IMG/VR virus record: IMGVR_UViG_3300037482_000218
Span: 1 to 42,834 of that record
DNA: 42,834 bases
From: a virus
Lineage: Duplodnaviria; Caudoviricetes
Direction: 5' to 3' (one strand)
Within the stretch, counting starts at the first letter, position 1. Each line of letters opens with the position of its first letter. The notes beneath the pieces are model-generated. The model was given only the letters and a program-made list of their open reading frames with translations. It was not told where the DNA came from and did no database searches. The position numbers were made by a program, and so were the translations under genes. This document shows, piece after piece, positions 17,666-27,123 of the stretch.

Positions 17666-20600
17666 ATGGCACTCCCCTTCTCCTCTCCGACACGTTGGGA
17701 AATGCCTGCCGTCCGCATTGCGCGTGAACGCCAGGAAGAGGAAAGGCGTATCCAGGAGCGCACCCGCCGCGAGGTGGAGAAGTTCAACCAGCGCGCCACC
17801 CCGTTCCTCAATACTGTCCGCCGGGAGTCGGAGCTGGGCAAGTTCCGTTCGCTCTCTTCGGACTGGCTCAAGGAGCAGACTCAGATGCTCCGCCAAGAAG
17901 AGGCAGAGCGCCGGGGGGCTGTCCAGGTGAGCGCCTTCCGGGAGAAGGCCCGTGGGTTCATGGCGGACGCGGGCAACTTCGACCTGGGGGGTGGCGTGCC
18001 TCAGAACATCCAGGGCACACCGTCAAGGGAGGTCAGTACCGCGGTACAGGAACAGGCTCCCACACCCCCGTTCCAGCGTGGTGTGAGCGCCCCCGGTCAG
18101 GCGACCGGCACGTCCGCCACGGGCGGACCGGTGCGCCCGCAACGAGAAGGCGGCGGCTTCGGGTTGGGCGATATCGCGGGCACGGCCCTTGAGCAGGCCA
18201 ACCAGCGCCTCTTTGAGCCGACCGAACTGATCGGCGGCAGAATCGTCCAGGCTGCCGCCAAGACGTTCCCGCGCGGTATCTCGGCGGGGACGCAGGGTAT
18301 CGGTGGCTCAAGGGCTGACATCGGCGCCGGACAGGAAGAGGCGAGAGAGCTTCCGGAGGACGTGCGCGCTTCCTACCGCGCCGCGCTCGGTGGCGAGAAG
18401 GAACAAGAAGAGCTGCGCGCCCGCCTCGAAGAGATTGGTCTTCCCGCACGGGTCATCGGCGGTCTACTCTTTGCCCCTGACCTTCTCATCCCCGGTCTCG
18501 GCTTCACGAAAGTGGACGACTTCGCGCGCGGCATCAACGCGATCCGCAGGGGCGGGTCGGCAATCGATGATGTGCCGGAGGCGCGGCTTATCGTGGAGCA
18601 GTTGCGTAAGGCCGAGAGTGGCGTTCCGCTGGCGGGCGCCGCCGATGACGCGGCGCGCATAGTGGAAGAGACCGCCGAATTGCCACCCGCTGCGCGTCTT
18701 ACCGAATGGATGCGCAACGCCGAGGGTGAATTCGCCGAGGGACTCAAGCAGCGCAAGGGCGCGATCTCTGCCTCCCGGAAGGCCAAGTCGGAACGGATGG
18801 CCACTATCTTCGCCGATGAATCGCTATCGCCACAGCAGCAGTTCGATCAGGCAACCAAAGCGCTGGGCGGTGCGGACGCCGAAGTCAGCTTGTTTAATCG
18901 CCCACCGATGACCGAGGCCGATGTGAGTGAACTCTTGACGACAGTCCGAGATCACCCGCTGCTCCAGGCCCGTAAATTCGATATGCGCAACACCCAATCG
19001 GCGCTACTGACTCTCCTTGACGGGGAACAGCCTACCGCTGGTGAGTGGAAGCTTCTTGAGCGTGTATTTGGAGCGGAGTTCGTGCGGGCCGGGATGAAGA
19101 CGCCACAGTCCCAATGGCGCGTCGTTGCCGATGTACTGAATCTCCCCCGCACAGTGCGCACTATCTTCGACCATTCGTGGCCGCTCCGCCAGGGTATTGG
19201 AGTTGCCGCCCGCCATCCCGTAGAGACATTCGGTAACCTGCCCAAGGGCCTCTGGTCGATGGTCTCGGACAAGTCCTTTCGGGCTTGGGATGAGGCGGTC
19301 CGCGCCAAATCGCAGGTAATTCAAGTCACGGATGAGGCTGGCACGCGGCCTTGGACGGTAGCCGAACTCCAGGACGAATCGCGCCTCTTCCTTCCCAAAA
19401 TGGAAGAGATCACGGCGGACGTGGCCGAGCGCACCGAGGAGTTCCTGCCGACGCAGGGCGATTCGTGGGTATCGAAGGTATTTGGCCCGATTACCTCACC
19501 ATTCCAGCGCTCTTTCCTTGGCCACGGCAATGCCACCCGGTCAGACATCTTTGAGAACACGCTGCGCGGCTGGACGAACGGGTTTGCCGAGCCCATCGAA
19601 ATGCGCGAGGTTGAGGCGCTGTCGTGGCTTCTTAATGTGGCTACGGGCCGGGGCGACCTGGGGCTGTTCAATAAGTCCAGCCCCTTCATTGCAGGCGGTA
19701 TCTTTTCGCCCCGGCTTGCTGTAGCCCGTGTTCAGCACGCACTTTCACCTGTGATGCTGGCGACAGGGGCTGGTGTGCCCGCTCGTTCTGGCCGCGCCGC
19801 CAACCTAGCCGCGCAGCAGCTGGTCTCTCTGGTGGGTGCGGGGGCGTCCGTGTTGACGCTGGCATCGCTGGCCGGCGCTGGGCGCGTCGAGATTGACCCC
19901 CGCTCCAGCCTCTGGGGCAAGCTAGAGCTATTCCGTGACCCGGACAACCCCGGTGCTAACACGCTCAAGCTCGACCTGTTCGGCGGCTACCAGCAATACG
20001 CGCGCACCATCGCCCAGCTCCAGCAGGCGAAATCCAAGAGCGACCTCGGCATCATCTCAGGTAGAGACCGGCGCGACATCTTTGAGCAGTTCGTCAAGAA
20101 TAAATTTTCGCCCAACCTGTCCATTGCCCTTGCGCTGTACACGGGTGAATCAGGTATTGGCGAACCCGTAGACCTGACATCGGCGCAGGGCATTGGGACC
20201 TTCGCCTGGAATCAGCTTTCTCCGCTTTCTTTCAACGACATCGTTGAGGCCGTGCAGGGTGACGATCCGATTAAAGTGGGCGGCGTGTCTACCATTGAAC
20301 CTTCGGCGAAAGCCGCTATCGGCGGCGCCGTCGCGGGCACGCTGGGCACGCTGGGCGCGTCGGCGAATACCTATAACCCCCGCGCCTCATCGCAGCTTGC
20401 TGCCATTCCAGAGTTCAAGGGGATGACAGTGGAGCAAGTCTCTTCCATGAAGGACCTGTGGGGCGAAGCGGAATCGGAGCGTAAGCGAATAAGGGAGGAG
20501 ACGGGCGCTGACGTGCCAGTGGCGAACATGATCCAGGCGCTAGGAGCGGATAAGGGATATGAGCCCGATGTTGTAAGTGCGGCGGTGGCGCTGCGCTCGC

Positions 20601-20740
20601 AGACCACGCGTGACCGGATGCGGAATCCCGACTGGCTCAAGTTTGTAGTGGAGAACATCGGGGAATTGAGCGCATCGAGTGAGCGTTGGTCTGATCCGCC
20701 CAACTACATCGTGGACCTTGTAAGGAACGCGGGCCGGTGA
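17666..20740 (+). CDS. Large internal virion / DNA ejection protein (1024 aa)
   Basis: Large, mostly helical, with hydrophobic G/A-rich segments; podovirus context. Confidence 0.6.
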   Translation: MALPFSSPTRWEMPAVRIARERQEEERRIQERTRREVEKFNQRATPFLNTVRRESELGKFRSLSSDWLKEQTQMLRQEEAERRGAVQVSAFREKARGFMADAGNFDLGGGVPQNIQGTPSREVSTAVQEQAPTPPFQRGVSAPGQATGTSATGGPVRPQREGGGFGLGDIAGTALEQANQRLFEPTELIGGRIVQAAAKTFPRGISAGTQGIGGSRADIGAGQEEARELPEDVRASYRAALGGEKEQEELRARLEEIGLPARVIGGLLFAPDLLIPGLGFTKVDDFARGINAIRRGGSAIDDVPEARLIVEQLRKAESGVPLAGAADDAARIVEETAELPPAARLTEWMRNAEGEFAEGLKQRKGAISASRKAKSERMATIFADESLSPQQQFDQATKALGGADAEVSLFNRPPMTEADVSELLTTVRDHPLLQARKFDMRNTQSALLTLLDGEQPTAGEWKLLERVFGAEFVRAGMKTPQSQWRVVADVLNLPRTVRTIFDHSWPLRQGIGVAARHPVETFGNLPKGLWSMVSDKSFRAWDEAVRAKSQVIQVTDEAGTRPWTVAELQDESRLFLPKMEEITADVAERTEEFLPTQGDSWVSKVFGPITSPFQRSFLGHGNATRSDIFENTLRGWTNGFAEPIEMREVEALSWLLNVATGRGDLGLFNKSSPFIAGGIFSPRLAVARVQHALSPVMLATGAGVPARSGRAANLAAQQLVSLVGAGASVLTLASLAGAGRVEIDPRSSLWGKLELFRDPDNPGANTLKLDLFGGYQQYARTIAQLQQAKSKSDLGIISGRDRRDIFEQFVKNKFSPNLSIALALYTGESGIGEPVDLTSAQGIGTFAWNQLSPLSFNDIVEAVQGDDPIKVGGVSTIEPSAKAAIGGAVAGTLGTLGASANTYNPRASSQLAAIPEFKGMTVEQVSSMKDLWGEAESERKRIREETGADVPVANMIQALGADKGYEPDVVSAAVALRSQTTRDRMRNPDWLKFVVENIGELSASSERWSDPPNYIVDLVRNAGR

Positions 20741-20742
20741 GG

Positions 20743-20871
20743 TTATCCGCAGTCGCCCCAGAAGTCATCGACGCATTGCGTCGCCTCGCCCAGGTCAAGC
20801 GCGATGGCGAGCAACAGGAAGAGCAGCGTAATCACTATCGCTCCGAGAATAGACAGCAACACATCTCTCAT
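20743..20871 (-). CDS. 42-aa single-TM membrane peptide, antisense to structural operon
   Basis: MRDVLLSILGAIVITLLFLLLAIALDLGEATQCVDDFWGDCG; fills intergenic gap; upstream TGtTAAACT. Confidence 0.65.
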   Translation of the reverse strand: MRDVLLSILGAIVITLLFLLLAIALDLGEATQCVDDFWGDCG

Positions 20872-20891
20872 GGCTGGCAGGAGTTTAACAG

Positions 20892-21905
20892 ATGACGCAC
20901 GTAGCAGGTCATACCAACCCCAATGAGAGCGCGACCGAATACGAAATTAGAATCGCGGAAGGGGGCACTGGTTCCGCCGGCGGAACCAAGACCGGCCCCG
21001 CCACGCTCCCCGGTGCGCCAGCCGCTGGCCCCATCATCGTGACCGGGGACGGACGGCAGTGGCAGATTCAAGTGCTCTCATCCAGCGACCCCGCCGTGAA
21101 GTCCGGCGCCCTTCCCCGGTATGTCGGAAGAGCGCTCGACAACGGCGAGACGCAGGCTTTTGGCCCCGGCGAATACGTGACCAATGACGCCAAGATCGTA
21201 ACGTTTAGCCCCAACGGTGATGTCAGTGAAGGCCGGACGCTGCGCGCCGATGAACAGCGCGCCCTCGGCTTCCCCTTCGACATTCTCGGCGGCGGCGAAG
21301 GCGGCGGCGGTGGTGGTGGTTCTGTCGCCGGAACCAGCGCCCCTGACCCGTACGCCGCCGCGTCGCTGCTCCTCCAGCAGTACGACACGGAGATCGCCAA
21401 GTCCAACGGCACGTTCAGCGCCGAGCAAGCTTTCGCCGAGTTCCAGACCAAATGGGAATCGCTGAAGGCGGACATCGCCCTCACGACCCAGGGCCAGCAA
21501 ATCCAGCAGACAGGCGACTACCTGGTTGACGCGCGCGAGCGGGAACTCGCCGAGGCGAGCCGGAGATTGCGCTCAGCGGAGGAAGCGGGGAGCCGCGCGG
21601 GGACGATTGCGCGGGACATCCTGCCCAATGTCATCCCAGGCGCTACGGCGGTAAACTTTCCGCTCCTCGGCAAGATGCCGCTGCCGCAGGTGAACCTGGG
21701 GCAGCTCTTCTCGCAGGGCGGGGCGGGTGACCTGAACGCGATACCGCCGATCTCGCCGTCGCCCTCTATCCCGTTCAGTCCCGTTCAGGCGCCGCCGCTG
21801 GGGCCAAGGCCGAACTTCCCGGCACCGCCCCAGTACCCGCAGGCCCCGAACATCAACCCGTTTGTGAACGCGGCGGCAGAAGGGTTCGCCGGCTTTACGT
21901 TCTGA
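20892..21905 (+). CDS. Probable internal virion protein
   Basis: AGGAG RBS; G/P-rich with coiled-coil. Confidence 0.55.
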   Translation: MTHVAGHTNPNESATEYEIRIAEGGTGSAGGTKTGPATLPGAPAAGPIIVTGDGRQWQIQVLSSSDPAVKSGALPRYVGRALDNGETQAFGPGEYVTNDAKIVTFSPNGDVSEGRTLRADEQRALGFPFDILGGGEGGGGGGGSVAGTSAPDPYAAASLLLQQYDTEIAKSNGTFSAEQAFAEFQTKWESLKADIALTTQGQQIQQTGDYLVDARERELAEASRRLRSAEEAGSRAGTIARDILPNVIPGATAVNFPLLGKMPLPQVNLGQLFSQGGAGDLNAIPPISPSPSIPFSPVQAPPLGPRPNFPAPPQYPQAPNINPFVNAAAEGFAGFTF

Positions 21906-21926
21906 TATCAAACACAGTCTAATCAT

Positions 21927-21951
21927 GGGCCGTCCTTCGGGGCGGCTCTTT
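21927..21951 (+). terminator. cUUCGg hairpin (terminator or RNA-stabilising stem)
   Basis: GGGCCGTCC-TTCG-GGGCGGCTC-TTT. Confidence 0.55.
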
Positions 21952-21970
21952 CGTTAGGAGGACATCAAGA

Positions 21971-22834
21971 ATGGTTCAAGAGACACAGACACCCAGCGCC
22001 GACACCCCGGTTGCGCCGGTAGAGACTCCCACGCCTGCCCCAGCAGAGGAACCTGCTGCGGCACCGGCGGAAGAGTCCGCACCGGAAGGCACCGCGGTAC
22101 CGGCGGAAGGTGAACCGATAGGCCCCACCTCAATGGAGGAGCTGATCGGGGACAACGACCACCTCAAGTCGTACTGGGAACTGCGGCAGACCGAACTCAA
22201 GGAAGAGGGACGCAGGCAGGCCCAGGGCGAACTTCAGCCGAAGGTAGACCGCGTTAACTCGACGTTCAAGGCCTACCACGAGACGGCGGCGCGGGCCGCA
22301 CAGGGCGTACAGGGCATCACCGACATGCTCAGGGAGGCGATTAATTCGGGCGCGGTAGACCAACAGGTCCTCCAGCGTGCGTTCAACTCTTCCCCTGACG
22401 CCTGGCGGGCGATGAACGACCTGACGGGAAGCGCTGGCTTCTACAACGGCATGAGGGCGGTGGCGGCAACGTTCGGCGGCGACATCGGCGGCGAGCCCGG
22501 CGCGACATTCACCGGCGACTACACGACCCGGTGGTTCAACGCGGAGGGCGGCGACGGCGACCCGGCTGAACTACTCAAGGACCAAATCAAGGCCTACATG
22601 GAAGTGATGGTCGAAAAGGCAAAGGCTCCGCTTCAGAAGCACATCAAGTCCCTCGAAGTGATGGTTGAGAAGGCGAAGGCCGCCGGTAGCGGTGGCCCGT
22701 CTCCGACAGCGGGCGTAGGGACGGCAGGCGGAAAGGGCTCAACGGCCTACGCAGACATTTTAAAGATGACCCCAAGTCAGATCGATGCGCTCCCTGACGG
22801 CGCATTGCAGGAAGCCATCGATAAGGCTCAGTAA
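21971..22834 (+). CDS. Capsid scaffolding protein
   Basis: Acidic P/A/E-rich N-terminus, coiled coils, short terminal helix; directly upstream of capsid gene. Confidence 0.7.
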   Translation: MVQETQTPSADTPVAPVETPTPAPAEEPAAAPAEESAPEGTAVPAEGEPIGPTSMEELIGDNDHLKSYWELRQTELKEEGRRQAQGELQPKVDRVNSTFKAYHETAARAAQGVQGITDMLREAINSGAVDQQVLQRAFNSSPDAWRAMNDLTGSAGFYNGMRAVAATFGGDIGGEPGATFTGDYTTRWFNAEGGDGDPAELLKDQIKAYMEVMVEKAKAPLQKHIKSLEVMVEKAKAAGSGGPSPTAGVGTAGGKGSTAYADILKMTPSQIDALPDGALQEAIDKAQ

Positions 22835-22857
22835 GGGGCACATTTAAGGAGCTTAAT

Positions 22858-23775
22858 GTGAGCATCGGAAATTTTAACCCCACAATCTGGAGCAAGCTCT
22901 TCCTCGAAAATCTGAACAAGCGTCACGTCCACGCGGACGTGATGAACCGGGATTACGAGGGGGAGATCAAGGAAGTCGGTGATACGGTCAAGATCAGTTC
23001 GATTGGCCGCATCACCGTAAAGGCATACACGCGCAACGCAGGTCTGGGCGGAACAGCAGCGTCACCGACCATCGCGGGCATCGACCGGCCCGAAGTGCTG
23101 GAAGGCAGCTCGCTCTTCCTGACGATCACGGAAAGCGACTACTTCAACTTCGGCATCGATGACGCTGACGCTTACCAGCAGAAGCCAAAGCTCATGTCGA
23201 AGGCCATGAAGGAGGCCGCGTACGCGATGGCTGATGGCGTTGACCTGTACGCTAACTCGGTTCTGCAAACCGGGGTCGCAGGCACAACAGACGGCACAGG
23301 CAACCGGCTGGCGGCCCGCACAATCGGCACGGGGGCAGGTGACGATGACGCCTACGAGGCCCTGGTTGACCTGGGCGTCAAGCTCAGGGAAGCCGATGTA
23401 ACGGGCGACTTCTGGGCCATCGTCCCGCCCTGGTTCGTCGGTATGTTGCAGAAGGATGTCCGGTTCACCAACTACGGCACCGGCCCGAACCGCGAGACGC
23501 TTCTCAACGGCAACATTGGCCGGGCCGCAAGCTTCGATATCAAGGAGTCGAACAACCTCTCCGGCGCGACCTCTGGCACGCTGGCCGTTTCTGGCGGTGT
23601 CTACACGGTCCTCGCCGGAGTTAAGGACGCTGCGACATACGCAGACCAGATAGACAAGATTGAGGCGTTCAATCCGGAGGACGGCTTCAACGACGCCGTT
23701 AAGGGCCTGCACATGTACGGCGCGAAGGTAACCCGGCCCTACGCGCTGGCGAGCGTCGCAGTGACGATGGCGTAA
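22858..23775 (+). CDS. Major capsid protein (HK97 fold, P22-coat-like family)
   Basis: NFNPTIWSK, NRDYEGEI..GDTVKI, F.DAVKGLHMYGAKV.RP. Confidence 0.9.
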   Translation: MSIGNFNPTIWSKLFLENLNKRHVHADVMNRDYEGEIKEVGDTVKISSIGRITVKAYTRNAGLGGTAASPTIAGIDRPEVLEGSSLFLTITESDYFNFGIDDADAYQQKPKLMSKAMKEAAYAMADGVDLYANSVLQTGVAGTTDGTGNRLAARTIGTGAGDDDAYEALVDLGVKLREADVTGDFWAIVPPWFVGMLQKDVRFTNYGTGPNRETLLNGNIGRAASFDIKESNNLSGATSGTLAVSGGVYTVLAGVKDAATYADQIDKIEAFNPEDGFNDAVKGLHMYGAKVTRPYALASVAVTMA

Positions 23776-23799
23776 CCCAACACATAAAGGAGTAGTGAA

Positions 23800-24198
23800 G
23801 TGGCAACAACTGGAATTACCTGCGAACTCTTGACCCTGAACACTCGCGGGAGCGACAACCCCGATGGCGCGGACGGCGAGAGTGGAGCCAACGGCCTGGA
23901 CGCCGCTGTTGCGGCGGACGGCTTTGTTATCTCGCCTCCGTCCGGTCAAGCGTTTGACGAGCGCCTGGTTCTGCGTCTCGTCGTTACAACAGCGGCAACT
24001 TTCGTGTTCAAGGCTGGGGACCGTTACCCAGCGCAGCGGGCCGATCTCGGTGACCTGAGCATTGTGATGGCGACAAGCGATATCCGCATGATCTCCATCG
24101 AGACGAGCCGCTTCCTTCAGAACGACGGCACGATCCTGGTCACCTGCACGAACACGACCGATCGCTTGCAGGCGTACATGCTCCCCAAGGCGGCTTAA
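23800..24198 (+). CDS. Probable head decoration protein
   Basis: Beta-rich, directly after capsid gene; SRFLQNDGTI. Confidence 0.55.
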   Translation: MATTGITCELLTLNTRGSDNPDGADGESGANGLDAAVAADGFVISPPSGQAFDERLVLRLVVTTAATFVFKAGDRYPAQRADLGDLSIVMATSDIRMISIETSRFLQNDGTILVTCTNTTDRLQAYMLPKAA

Positions 24199-24201
24199 AC
24201 G

Positions 24202-24306
24202 ATGGCCGATAAGACGCCCACGGAGACGATCTTGGCCGAACTTCGCGCATTGACAAAGCGCGTCGAGGAAATAGCAGCGGCACTGTCCGTGCCGAAATCC
24301 AAGTAA
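24202..24306 (+). CDS. Small hypothetical protein (34 aa)
   Basis: MADKTPTETILAELRALTKRVEEI. Confidence 0.4.
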   Translation: MADKTPTETILAELRALTKRVEEIAAALSVPKSK

Positions 24307-24356
24307 AGGGCGGAACGCCCGCCCCGTAAGGGGTTCTCTGGAAAGGAGAGCAAGCA

Positions 24357-25181
24357 GTGGCTAATCCCAATATCAAGAACTTCTACCTGCCGATCACGCG
24401 GCTTCATGTGCCGCGAGGCTCGGACTGGGGCCAGACAGTCGGCACCGACTACTGGCTGACGTGGAACCCCGGCGTTGACCTCCTGGCGACCGCTACGGCA
24501 GGCACCATCGTTGACGAGTTGGTGGACGGTGGCTGGAACGTCGCGTCCAGCCCGACCAACACAGCGGGCAGCGGCGGGGACTTCGCTGGCGGGGTCTTCA
24601 CCAAGACGACCACGCCGTATGTAAAGTCGGGGTCGTTCGACGGTAGCTACGGAGACCTGGGCACCCCAAACCATGCACTACTCGCCGGCACAGGCGATAT
24701 TGTTGCCAGTCCGGCGATCTTCGGGGACGCGGTGGGCATGGAGGCGGCAGCGATTATTGCGGGCAAGTCCATTCGTCCGCGTTACCTAATCGCCGACTTC
24801 TGGGCTGCGTTCACCGTGGCCTCCGCCGATGAGGTGACCACGGCAATCGGTTTCTTCGAGGACGTTTCCACGATCTCTACCGAGGCCGACCAGTACGCGG
24901 TGATCTATAGCAACGCCGTCAACTTCCTGCTCGCGGGTAACGCCGCGACGCTCGACACGGGGCCGGTGGTGGATAACGACTGGCACAAATGGAAGATCGT
25001 CATCCAGCTCAACGGCACGGGCTCCGGCGTTCCGCAAATCTACTGGTACGTCGATGGCGCGATCCAAAACACCACAGCGGCGGCGGGCCTTAACGACGAG
25101 TTCCCGCTGAAGTTCGGGATGCACTCACTGACCACCAACCGCATCGGGCTGGGCCTCGTGCACATCAGTTACGACTGGTAG
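24357..25181 (+). CDS. Virion protein with concanavalin/LamG-like beta domain
   Basis: DNDWHKWKIV...YWYVDG motif. Confidence 0.55.
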   Translation: MANPNIKNFYLPITRLHVPRGSDWGQTVGTDYWLTWNPGVDLLATATAGTIVDELVDGGWNVASSPTNTAGSGGDFAGGVFTKTTTPYVKSGSFDGSYGDLGTPNHALLAGTGDIVASPAIFGDAVGMEAAAIIAGKSIRPRYLIADFWAAFTVASADEVTTAIGFFEDVSTISTEADQYAVIYSNAVNFLLAGNAATLDTGPVVDNDWHKWKIVIQLNGTGSGVPQIYWYVDGAIQNTTAAAGLNDEFPLKFGMHSLTTNRIGLGLVHISYDW

Positions 25182-25186
25182 CAACG

Positions 25187-25345
25187 ATGACGATTAAGCC
25201 TGGGCACTTTCCCAAAAAGGGCGAACGCCTGGTGAATGGGGAGTGGGTTACGCCCACTCCCCCGAAACCAGCTCGTCGCGCCCAAACAGCGGCGGATCGC
25301 CGCAACTATCTACGACGTCAGGCCGGATGGCCGGTGAAGGAGTAA
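25187..25345 (+). CDS. Small basic hypothetical protein
   Basis: Fills gap; MTIKPGHFPKKGE... Confidence 0.4.
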   Translation: MTIKPGHFPKKGERLVNGEWVTPTPPKPARRAQTAADRRNYLRRQAGWPVKE

Positions 25346-25349
25346 AGAC

Positions 25350-26030
25350 ATGGCAGAAGATCAGAGACTATACGGCTATTTCGGCACCTCGCTCCCCGAC
25401 CCTGGGGCCGAGAGCTGGCAGCCCGTCCGAGTTTCCGCGCGGGGCGAGGTAGCGGTCATCGACTTCTATCACAAGATGGCGATGGAGGGTCGTTGCTACC
25501 AGGTCAGGATGGGCACAGTGGCAACTGGCCTAGCGGCGGACAGCACGCTCACCGACACGGCGGCGCAGATGTGCGTAGACGCCGCGTTGGGCTTGACGAT
25601 CATCCCGGCAGAGTTCGGAATCTCAATCGTTTCGATTGCCACCGCGCTTTTGCTCACAGTGAAGATCAAGGCCGTAGGAGCGGCTTCGACAGTGGGGACG
25701 GTATTCGTCCCGCTGCCGATGCGGCAGGGCGGGGCTGCGGCGTCCAGTACGGCGCGGGCGATGACAGACGGCGGTGTCACCGTGGCGGCTGAACTTGCCA
25801 CGACCACGCGCGTTCTGTTTGAGGCAATCGATAACCACACCCAGACGCCGACTACCGCCCTGGGTCACTCGGCGATGGTCACTCAGGCAGCCGTTGCTTG
25901 GCAGCCACGCATTCCCTACATCGGCGACGGCGTGGCTTGCGTGTACGTTCAGGTGGCCTCGACTACGGCCTTCAACCTGAACTACGCGCACCTGAATTAC
26001 GTGGAGCTTGCCACGGCTTCCGTGCTGTAA
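25350..26030 (+). CDS. Probable virion structural protein (beta-rich)
   Basis: AAGGAG RBS; T/A/V-rich. Confidence 0.6.
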   Translation: MAEDQRLYGYFGTSLPDPGAESWQPVRVSARGEVAVIDFYHKMAMEGRCYQVRMGTVATGLAADSTLTDTAAQMCVDAALGLTIIPAEFGISIVSIATALLLTVKIKAVGAASTVGTVFVPLPMRQGGAAASSTARAMTDGGVTVAAELATTTRVLFEAIDNHTQTPTTALGHSAMVTQAAVAWQPRIPYIGDGVACVYVQVASTTAFNLNYAHLNYVELATASVL

Positions 26031-26353
26031 TGCCGAACTTTCTGTTCCGTTGCCCCCACGGCCATGAGAATGAGCTACTGCGTCACCGGGATACGGTAGA
26101 GGTCGCTTGCGGCTGTGGGGCAACGGCGCGGAGGGCGGAAGTCAACCGCATCGCCGTGACTGGCTTCGCGGAGACGCCTCGTGGCCAGGAGAATTACCGC
26201 CGCGAATTCGCCGATTTCAAGGAAGCCTCGGCAGAGGTGGACTACGCCTACACGAAAGCCGAAAGCGATGGGATGCCAGTAAGGCGGCCAAATTTGTACA
26301 AGGCGGGACTCAGGAAGGCGCAGCGCGAGGGCGCAAAGATCAGGAGCGTGTGA
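26030..26353 (+). CDS. FmdB-like zinc-ribbon protein
   Basis: MPNFLFRCPHGHENE...ACGCGATARR. Confidence 0.65.
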   Translation: MPNFLFRCPHGHENELLRHRDTVEVACGCGATARRAEVNRIAVTGFAETPRGQENYRREFADFKEASAEVDYAYTKAESDGMPVRRPNLYKAGLRKAQREGAKIRSV

Positions 26354-26487
26354 TGCCGGGCAAGCAAGTCAAGGGCTGGGAAAAGTATGAGGCGCGGCGG
26401 AAGAAGGGACTGACCACGAACCGGGCCGCACGCGTCGCCAACGCCAAGCGAGAAGCGCGTAAGCGTGATCCGAAAGTGAGGGCATGA
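26353..26487 (+). CDS. Small basic protein
   Basis: MPGKQVKGWEKYEARRKKG...AARVANA. Confidence 0.6.
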   Translation: MPGKQVKGWEKYEARRKKGLTTNRAARVANAKREARKRDPKVRA

Positions 26488-26615
26488 TGGCGCACAAGTC
26501 CGGCAAGAAGTCCTATCCGCCCATGAAGGGTCATCCCGGCAAGATGCCGAAGTCGCACGCCAAGATGTCACCTGCTGAGCACAAGAAGGCGATGAAGCGT
26601 GCCGGCAAAAAGTGA
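26484..26615 (+). CDS. Small K/H/M-rich basic protein
   Basis: MMAHKSGKKSYPPMKGHPGKMPKSH...; ATGA coupling; not in ORF track. Confidence 0.55.
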   Translation: MMAHKSGKKSYPPMKGHPGKMPKSHAKMSPAEHKKAMKRAGKK

Positions 26616-26730
26616 GAAGCAGCGCCGCTTTATGGGCGCTGACCTCGCCCGCAAGCGCGCCGGGAAGAAGACCAGAACTGGCATGAGCCAGAAACAGTTG
26701 CGCGACTTCGCGCGGAAAGGAAAGAAGTAG
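26599..26730 (+). CDS. Small basic protein, DUF3008-like
   Basis: MPAKSEKQRRFMGADLARKRAG...MSQKQLRDFA; not in ORF track. Confidence 0.65.
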   Translation: MPAKSEKQRRFMGADLARKRAGKKTRTGMSQKQLRDFARKGKK

Positions 26731-26731
26731 A

Positions 26732-27073
26732 TTGCCTGCATACAAGCCTAAGAAGCCAGCGCCTAGATACACTTCATCCACTCCGTTCAAGGGGAAGCCG
26801 GAGCCAAAAAGTAGCCCTGGGAAGTCGTCGAAGTCGTTCAAAAGGCCAACGCCCCTCATGGACCCCTCCCAGCAGAAGCCGAAGAAGACGGGCGACTACA
26901 TTACGCACCCCAGCCAAAAGCCAAAACCCAAGGCGCCCAAGCCCCCCAGCAAGACGCCGATCAACGCCAACACCCGCAAGAGCCGCACGCGCACAAACCT
27001 GAGCCCCACAGGCTACCCCAGAAACCCCAAGACGAAGAAGCCTGCCTCGCAGCGGGGAACGAGGAAGCGCTAG
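26732..27073 (+). CDS. K/P-rich basic disordered protein
   Basis: Composition; fills gap. Confidence 0.5.
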   Translation: MPAYKPKKPAPRYTSSTPFKGKPEPKSSPGKSSKSFKRPTPLMDPSQQKPKKTGDYITHPSQKPKPKAPKPPSKTPINANTRKSRTRTNLSPTGYPRNPKTKKPASQRGTRKR

Positions 27074-27123
27074 GTGTGTGACGCGAACGGCTTCCCTTAC
27101 TGGCTCTACGATGAGGACGACGA

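Noticed and set aside
17666-20740. Tape measure protein or virion RNA polymerase
   Set aside because: No adjacent tail tube or chaperone genes, no tape-measure periodicity and no polymerase motifs seen
22601-22681. EVMVEKAKA duplication in scaffold
   Set aside because: Short intragenic duplication in a coiled coil; no sign of separate function
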